NCBI RefSeq assembly: GCF_964204645.1
Contig: NC_134031.1
Coordinates: 17,657,807 to 17,721,806 of the forward strand
DNA: 64,000 nucleotides
From: Tubulanus polymorphus
Taxonomy: Eukaryota; Animalia; Nemertea
Reading direction: 5' to 3'
Both the position numbers and the translations under genes were made by a program. The notes under the pieces were generated by a model. It had not been told where the DNA came from. It saw only the letters and a list, made by a program, of their open reading frames with translations, and searched no databases. Of the stretch, positions 55,525-64,000 are shown one piece after another. Numbering within the stretch: the first letter of the stretch is position 1; each line of letters begins with the position of its first letter.

Positions 55525-56961
55525 CATTGATGTAAATTGACATTTTAAGCAGCTCCATCGACTCAGAAGTCAATCTCTCGTGCGTGGCATCTCATTGTTT
55601 TAATTTACAGGGTCCCTATAACTACTTGATCCCTTAGAAACTTCTAATAAATGGAAAATGCTTTTAAAGACGCTTGAAACTGCATTGATTTGAACAAATT
55701 GGTTAAAACTCCTTCAATTTTGAGAAACGGGTAATTAGAAATTTTTGTCTGGTTTGTAAATCGTTACACTCTTAGGACCAGGATTTTTTTTACCCAATTA
55801 GGCGGTTACTGAATTAGAAGCTGAGTTTGGTTAGTGTAACAAGATCCTGTAGTGATAGTGTAAATGTAACAAATTTGCTTACTGAACCACTGAATTTTAC
55901 TATCAACAGTACAGTTGTCTCACAGTGTAAGAATTGAATTATGTGAATAGAAATCTGGCAAATAAAATTGTGTTTAAACAATAGTTCATGTGTCAATGAA
56001 AAGTCATTGAGTAGCTGGTCTTCATGTTTCAAATTCATTATTGTACCTTCGTTTATTTTCTGCGAGATGAAACTTTTGTCATAAAACGTAAAATGGATAC
56101 GTGTTAAGTAGTGTTTGGTGCTAGTCCGTGCATCTATGTGTGACTGTTATATTTATGATTAAGAAATATTCTATCCAGCTGGTGTCTTAGCAGTTTACTC
56201 GAAACTTTTGTAAAAATTGTGTTCTACAATGTTGTGAATCTTTTTTGGTTTATTTCCTTTATTTTGTACATAGAAGATATGTTTTCTATTTTTGTATATG
56301 CAATATGTACATGTTCACGAAAAAAGCCGTAATTTGTATCAAGCCAAACACTCGGAAGTTAAAACACCTTGGATGATAGATTCGTCTGTGTTGGCCTGAT
56401 TTACCTGAGAATTTGTAGGTCTAAATTTCAAAAACTAAATGTGTTTATGTCAAAGCCAGCATATTATATAAGTGTATATTTTCGTTTAGACATACTCTTA
56501 TTTTTATGTTTTCTGACAACAGTAATGCATGTTAATGAAATTTGAAATAAATTTTTTTTTTAAACTTATAATTAACTAACCTTTATTGTTTTGGTTTTTC
56601 CTGGAAATCGTTTGAAATGTTCATGACTTCAATTTGATCAGACTGATTTCTCCACCACTGAGGGCTGAAAGGTATTGATATTTGATATTCTTTGAAGGGA
56701 TGAGTACTTATGATTATTGCTGTAACCAAACATTATAGGAGTTATTTCCTTAGTTTAAGAAAATTTGCGATTTATTTCTAGATAATGTTATTACTCTCCT
56801 ATCATTACCATAGTTGCGGAGGGTAAAGGTTAGAGTATAGGAAAAGATGAGATATTACTTTATTCTGACAAAAAAATGAGAGAACAATTGGGTATAAAAA
56901 GGTCATACATCATAATGCAGAAAAGATGCCAAATGTACAGGCTTTAAAAATTTCTCCAACC

Positions 56962-57040
56962 GTATGGTGCTGCCACCGTTGTTAAATCGGTGAACTACCG
57001 TGGACAATGGCGAAATTCAAGGAATTTTTTGCGGGTAAGA
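56962..57040 (+). promoter_or_regulatory. Putative gene C promoter and non-coding first exon
   Basis: gtatggtgctgccacc motif, then CAATGGCG and a donor gcgg|gtaaga at ~57034. Confidence 0.5.
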
Positions 57041-57656
57041 AATTCTCAGAAAAAGTATTATTTCTCGACTGAAATCATTTTTCTCTTTTTCGCATGTGTA
57101 TGTGATATTTTGCTCGAGTAACTGGTATGGCTTATTTTGTCTGAAAGTTACCTGTCGCTGCTGTTACCGCTGATATATACGAAAACTTAAGTAAAATGTT
57201 TGACAGTTAGTCTGGCTGCACTACGCTTACCTACGCTTTAGCATTAGGGACTATTCAAACTTAGTAAAACCTAGTCCGTGTTAAGTTTTTGATATCTGCT
57301 AGAGGTAATTAGAACTTAGAATTGCGAATCCCGTTAGGATTAATTGTATTTTTCATATAAAGATAGGTGGCCCTTAGTGCGGCTGTAGGAAGTAGAAAAG
57401 GACCCATTGCAGCAGGCCTGTGATTAATCAAGTGTCATAAATTGTATCAGCCTACTTATTTAACAACAAGTTTTTTTAGCAATTCTAAAAATGTATTGAA
57501 ATTTTTGATTGATTCAGACAAATTCCTGTCTTTATTTATGTTGGGATCACAAGAAATTGGAAGTTTGAAAACCTGTTGGGACCAAATTTCAGATTTTAGT
57601 AAAATTCTTTTAATAGGTTTTCATTGAACGCAGTGGCTCTCATACTGTTGAGGAAA

Positions 57657-60600
57657 ATGTTACTCAGTAAGTATAACGCTCAATGGGAATAGTGCTGCAC
57701 ACATTAGTCCTGTATAATTAAGTGTCGATGAGTCATGTAATTCTAATTCTTTCTAATTGATCAGCCATTCCTTTCCAAGTCGACGACGAAGATTTGAGGG
57801 AATGTTTGAAAAAGCGTCTTGATGTTATTTCCGACATTGTGATCAGTGTTGACGAGCCGATCTGGTTGGAATGGCAGGCCAGACGAAATCAAACCAGTAA
57901 GTATCGGAAGTTATTTCCAATTTTCTTTGGATAAGGGTCTCTATGACTCCTTGATTATTTAAAACTCCTTCTAAACATAAAATGCTTTTAAGGTGCTTGA
58001 AACTCTTTTAATTGGAGCAAAATGCACGAAACTCCTTTAAGACTTCAATTTTGATAGGCCATTAGAAATTTTAGTCTAGTTTGTAGTTGTATAGTAAGCA
58101 ACCCCTAAATCGCTAAATTTCAGACCAGGATTGTTTTTACCAAATTAAAAACGGAGTTTTGTAGTGTTAAGGAAAAAAAAATTGCTTACAAAACCACCAA
58201 ATCAACAGTTAACTGAGATAAACAGTGGCGATTTAGGAGGAGTCTACAGTAATTGGGATATGAAAGTGATGCAGACACTTCCTCATAAATTTTCTCCTTT
58301 AAAACTCCTTGAAAACTTCTCATATCCAGGAATAACCGATCAGCAGGGACCCTGTCTATCAAAAATGATGATAATTGATTTCTTAAATTAAAATTTTCTT
58401 TCTAGGGAACGATGATTTCACGGGCGAGGAAAACGGACTCGTTATAGACGAGAAAAATAGCAACGGCGAATGTCGAAAACGACGAAAATACGCGAAAAAG
58501 AAAAAATCGCGAAAAACGTTAAACGATTCGGCTGTAACGACGGCTGAACCTCGCGACGCCGATACCGATTTACCGAACGTTTATTCCGAATCGAACTTAA
58601 AAACCGACTCGAACGCCAGCGGAGAATCGTCATTCCCGAGCCACCATTCGCAAAATAAACGCCGCCGACGTCCGTCTGCCACGGTAACCTCGCCGGCGGC
58701 GACGACGACGGACGAACCGAGTTTATCGGTCGATCGTCCGCTTCTCCGCGACGATTTCACCATGTCGGAAACGCGTTTGAAATCGTACGCGAATTTTTGC
58801 GCTGACGACGACGATGAGGACGACGACGATGACAATTCGGCGTTGATCGCGGCGAACGTTCCCGAGTTAAACGTCGGAGATACGATCGTTGACGTTAAAC
58901 AGGAACCGTCGGTCGCCGCGAGTCTCAGCGACGACGAAAATAGCGATTTTTTATACGAGAATATCGGACAAGAACAGTACATCGGTCAGGAGATCATCGA
59001 AGGTGCTTTACAGCAGTCGCCTATGCCACAGTTATCACCGACCAGCAACAGTATGCATTGGACACAAGCAGGTAGGTTGAGTCTCTGTAGGTTGAATATC
59101 TGTTTGTAGGGTAAATCTCTGTAGGTTGAATCAGTAGGTTGAATATCTGTTTGTAGGTTGAATCCCTGTAGGTTGAATCATTGTTTGTAGGTTGAATCAT
59201 GTTAAGGTTGAATCTCTGTAGGTTGAATATCTGTTTGTAGGGTAAATCTCTGTAGGTTGAATCAGTAGGTTGAATATCTGTAGGTTGAATCTCTGTAGGT
59301 TGAATCATTGTTTGTAGGTTGAATCATTGTAGGTTAAATATCTGTTTGTAGGTTGAATATCTGTAGGTTGAATCAGTAGGTTGAATATCTGTTAGTAGGT
59401 TGAGTCTCTGTTTGTAGGTTGAGTCTCTATAGGTTGAATCACTGTTTGTAAGTTGAATCACTGTAGGTTGAATCACTGTTTGTAGGTTGAATATCTGTTT
59501 GTAGGGTAAATCTCTGTAGGTTGAATCTCTGTAGGTTGAATCATTGTTTGTAGGTTGAGTCTGCGTGTGTAGGTTGAATCTCTGTTTGTAGGTTGAATCT
59601 AAAAATTTATATATGCAGGCTACAGGTTGGCCACTGACCTGGAAAACTATTAAAAAATCAAGGAAAACTTGAGGAATTTACAAATTTTACAAAAACCTGG
59701 AGAACTCAGGGAATATGATTATTGTTATTGACCACATGTTTCTTTATCAATGTAACAATTTAGACATAGAAATTTCGCTGATTTCTCAGATAATTTGTGT
59801 TTAATCGTGTGGAAAAATCAGGGGATTTGAAAATAGGCGGAAAGTGGCCGCACTGATGAAGTATGCACCGTCCAACTTCGATGTGGCTTAAAAGTCAGAT
59901 GCATCTTCACTGCAGAAATATCTGAATTGAACGGCGAATTTGTCGTCTTGTATGCACCAATAGAGTAGACAGTGGGGAGTGTTGACAGCGGAGAATACCT
60001 GTTCACTCTCTCAACCGGCGTTACCGCGAGAGAGCCGCAGTGAAACTCGATCACGCGTGGTGTCAGCTGATAACGTGATCACTAAAGCGCTATTATTCCA
60101 TCTCGTAATCAAATTGTCGCCGATTACGGCGGCTAATTTGCGTGTATGAAAATTAGTTAATTACGTTCACAAATGACTGGTCTCTAGTGTATGTATGTAT
60201 GAATGCTGTATTATCGCGTCGGACTTTGTTTCGCCTGAGAATTCATTACGATCGTTTACGACCCTATTTATCGAGTATTGTTTTCATCATTAGCTCGTAT
60301 CGGCGTTCATAAATCAGTGAGAGGTTTTCAGGGGCGGTCTCGGGCCCGTTTCGTCATGCAGAAATTGTTGAAAAATTCGATGCTCGTCCTATTCTCGGAA
60401 TCTGCATCTCTTAGGATTAATTGTTCGAAAATATATTTACGACGCGGGTGGGACCCCGCTAGTGGTTGCTTTAGCCTTTAATTCCGTCTGGGCCTGGCTT
60501 TCCGATTTTCCTAGATCCGTTCCTGGCTTTGAATTGAGATCGGTCGAAGTCTTCGGGAGTTCGCCTGAAACTTCTGAACTGGTTTTCTGAGGTTTATTCA

Positions 60601-63280
60601 TTTTTCCATCTTCATATCGTTATTTCTTTCTTCCTTGTAGATCTATTCCGTCGTTATCCATCATCCAGATTACGTACATCAAGTATGAAACCTTGATACG
60701 GGATCTGCTATGATAAGACTCCGATGCTAACAGTTCCTATAATTCGTAGTTATTCTGGATGTTTAGAAGAGAAATGATGAGTGGGCTGTTTTACCAGACT
60801 AAGTGCAACATATTGCATCCTTTTTCCCCCCCAGCCGGCATATTTTTGCCGGGGGAAAAGTTTACATGCCTAGCTAATTGACTGCCAGTATACGGACCAA
60901 CTGTTTGCTGTATGTAATGGACGGGTGGAATTCGTTAATTGTCTGTTTACTGATTATGTCGTAAGCTGAAATAATGGCAGCGCTTTGCAGGCTTTTTACG
61001 TCTTTTTTTCCCGGGCATATTTGTTGATAACGATAAAAAGCCCATTTAGGTCTTAATCCTGCCGGGACAAGTAAAGCAGACTTCAATTAGGCTATTTCAA
61101 TTCATATAAGATTAGTGCTTTGGAGGGTTTCTTCAATGGATGAAGTAGCGCACATCCTCTCAAAAATAACTATGAAATGAAATGAGAGTTATGATATATA
61201 TCCAATTACAAAATAAACGCCAAAATTTACAATTGTAATTATTATTTCTAAATGCTAATATGGATGACATAAGTGCACATTGACTCACACAGAATCCCTT
61301 AAATAATGCAAACTAGGTATCAATGTATATAAGCATTATTGTAATGGTTTTAATGGAGTCAAATTACAAATTCTTCGCACTGTTTTGTGCCTTTATACAT
61401 ATTGTACACTGGCATCACGCTGGAAAAGATTTTTTATGTCCGTTATTAGCGTAATTGGGGAAAATCGATGCTTACAACATCATAACAAATAGAAATAATT
61501 TCTTTAAACAGTTCATTGGGAATTTTTTTGTCAAATTGGGAAAAATTAATTAGCTTTGGATTGGGAATATGTCCGGGTTACCGGACATAAGTACGGCCCA
61601 GCGTGATGCCGCCTGCTGTGTACCAGTACAGCTCGGATCTCTTAGTTGATCAAAAGTCAAGCGGCTTCGACGCAGTTTTCTCCACGTCACACGACGCGCA
61701 TATACATCCTCTCTTCGGTGTCATTGATTAGTGATTTGTTCCGATGGCTGCTCCTCTAATGTTTCACTCAATACGCTTCGTCTCACACTTGAATCTGTAA
61801 TGAATGATGATAAAGGGTTTACTTGTGAAACGACGTGGCATTAGATGCAGCGAACGCAGTCAGTCAGCAGACGTGTGTCTGTCGTATAGTAGAGTCAGTA
61901 CACAGTCCACAGCATGATTCATACGACATTTTACTATCAAATTCAGTACGAATCTGACAGGCTATGTAATGGTTTCGATGAATATTTCAATATTCTTTCC
62001 ATCCATAAGTAAGCATTGCTACTCAATTTTATTGACTTCTCCGATTATTTTATTCCGAGCCAGTGATGTATTATGGATCGGTTTGATGCTAAAGATGTAT
62101 ATCACGCTATGAAATGTTTATTTCTTAGGGCTATACGTTTTCATTTTCTCGCATCAAAAATTCGATGAATATCTTTACCTTTGAGGAGAAAAACCGAATG
62201 ATGTGATTTCTATTAAACAAGTTAAAAGAGACTCCATTTCTTTGATGCATACACACCAAGAATTTGAAAATTAGGGTTTTCTGACCATTTTGGCGGAAAA
62301 CCTCTTTTTTTATTCACCTGTTTGTTAAAGAACGTCTCTTTTCTGGAACTTTTTACTCATAGTGTAGTAATTGAAATTGAAATTTATTTTCATTTACGAT
62401 GTTACATTATTGAACGATATAATAAGTATGATTAGACGAAGAAAAATGTAACAGGATAATGGGGCTACACGGAGAGACTGAAACAGTCTATCTAAGCCGT
62501 ATCACCCAGAAGCATCCACACCACATTCATCACACATGCAGTAGTACATCACACATCAGGCATAGTATACCTAGTACTAACTGTTTGTTAAATTTGGTGA
62601 GAAAGCTAGATCATGAGTAAATTCAAACAGTTTCTGTTCATGTCTTACGTATTTGACTGTCTTAATTGATTGGATTCTTTACTGATCAAGTCAGGGAAAA
62701 CAACGTAGATGTCAGGGAATAAATAGTCAGCTAAAAAGCGGGTCCAATATAACCCCGTTAAACGAGCAAGGCAGAAAACCCGTTATCGCTGCTTCGCAGC
62801 TATATTATATTTTCATCATTGATTTTTTCAGAGGATGAAGATCTGCCGACCTCTACGCGACCGCGACGTTGTCGAACATTGTCGTCATCGATGGCGAAAC
62901 TGCGGCCGGCGCGGCGGAGGGTGAACGCCAAACGGTCGCCGCCGCCGCTCCCACCACCACTTCCGTCGAAAGACAAAAACGGTTTCAAACTGGTCTCCGA
63001 GTTCATTTTAGAAAACTCGCACAATAAAATGGAAAAGACGACGCCGCTGTTGTGCGGCGCGAAAATCGTCAAATGCGCGTACTGCGACAAACCGTTCTCG
63101 ACCAATCAGAACAAAGTGATCCACGAACGCATTCACCTCGGCATCAAACCGTACGAGTGTCAAATATGCCATCGATTCTTCACTCACGCCAGTAACTATA
63201 AGCGCCACCTACGAACGATGCACGCCGTCGAAAATAAAATCATCGATTCTACGGAGCATTATCGGTTCATCAAAGATTGA
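57657..63280 (+). CDS. Gene C: third paralogue; exons 57657-57666, 57765-57896, 58406-59071, 62832-63280 (~418 aa)
   Basis: MLLTIPFQVDDEDLRECLKKRLDVISDIVISVDEPIWLEWQARR; all introns are phase 1 and the total is 1257 nt in frame; [26 protein letters not shown]. Confidence 0.85.
59072..59600. repeat. Complex minisatellite of GTAGGTTGAATC(TCT/ATTGTTT) units
   Basis: About 30 variable 13-19 bp units starting exactly at the gene C exon 3 donor. Confidence 0.9.
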
Positions 63281-63573
63281 TACGGAGCGCGCGTGTGAGT
63301 TTCGAAGAAATGTGTCTGTTGGGGGTTGTAATGAAATTCATTTGTCGGTTTCGTAAATGAATAATGAATCTCAGTGAATATTATAGCCGCGATCCCGCGC
63401 TAGACTAAGCATCGAATGGGCGCGCGTCCGTTTGACTCGGGGTCCAATTAGGACCGTCCAAAAACGTCAGACCAGGCCTGAGCCAAATTTTAGCATGGGT
63501 CAAATAACTGCACGTGCGCGCTTGCTGCGGTTCCAGAAGTGACGCACCTCGCTTTGTCACACAATTATCTATT

Positions 63574-63727
63574 CAGTTAATCCCGCTTAATTCGGATTTC
63601 GTTCTAATCGGGACATTATTTGCAGTCTAATTGTTCATTACCATACAAGAAGATTACTATTAATCGAGATTAAAATTGGTGAATTTTTTTGGTCCCAAAT
63701 GATCCGAATTAAGCGGGTTCTATTGTA
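63574..63727. mobile_element. Tc1/mariner-type MITE
   Basis: cagttaatcccgcttaattcggat ... atccgaattaagcgggttctattg-ta; same family as 20295-20454. Confidence 0.7.
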
Positions 63728-64000
63728 TCGAGTGAGTAGTTTATGCCCAGTGTGATCGCAGCTTTCAAATGGAGCCAGTTGCATAGTCCAGGTTAACATT
63801 TACGAATGGTCTAAAAACCATCTTAGTTCAATAGCCAATCGAACAATTAGAGACTAAGTCTCAAGACTTAAGACTAGTAGCAAATACCGGTGTGCAACTA
63901 GGCCCAGTTCTACAGCTTAATGGGAATTTATTTGATAATGCCAAACCCATAAATAATTTAGATCTGAAATTAATCAAAATACAGTAGAAGTCACTTAATT

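Noticed and set aside
59021-59308. IQPT-repeat ORF
   Set aside because: Antisense reading of the intronic satellite.
59860-62700. Extra ZnF cassettes or a nested gene in the last intron of gene C
   Set aside because: No CxxC/HxxxH pattern or coherent exon chain found; mostly repeat remnants.

Overview
AT-rich, intron-containing eukaryotic DNA. It looks like an invertebrate animal, but the taxon cannot be fixed from sequence alone. The left third holds the 3' exons of SPOUT1, a complete PHYHD1 (minus strand), tRNA-iMet plus a decayed copy, tRNA-Gly(TCC), an orphan acidic protein gene, a very divergent Rab-like GTPase, and many MITEs and satellites. The main result is in the right two thirds. 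A minus-strand gene (A) has three constant coding exons (51709-49471) ending in a single phase-1 donor, followed by a ~25 kb array of 31 intact cassettes, 1 degenerate cassette and 4 decayed cassettes. Each intact cassette has its own phase-1 AG acceptor, a two-finger (one has three) C2H2 zinc-finger unit and its own stop codon. This is a lola/mod(mdg4)-like 'one constant head, many alternative DNA-binding tails' locus, but it has no BTB domain and instead carries an unrecognised ~45-aa N-terminal domain. Two paralogues (B and C) with the same exon layout lie on the + strand, each with only one zinc-finger exon visible. All exon structures are my manual inference from GT-AG signals and frame compatibility, without transcript evidence.
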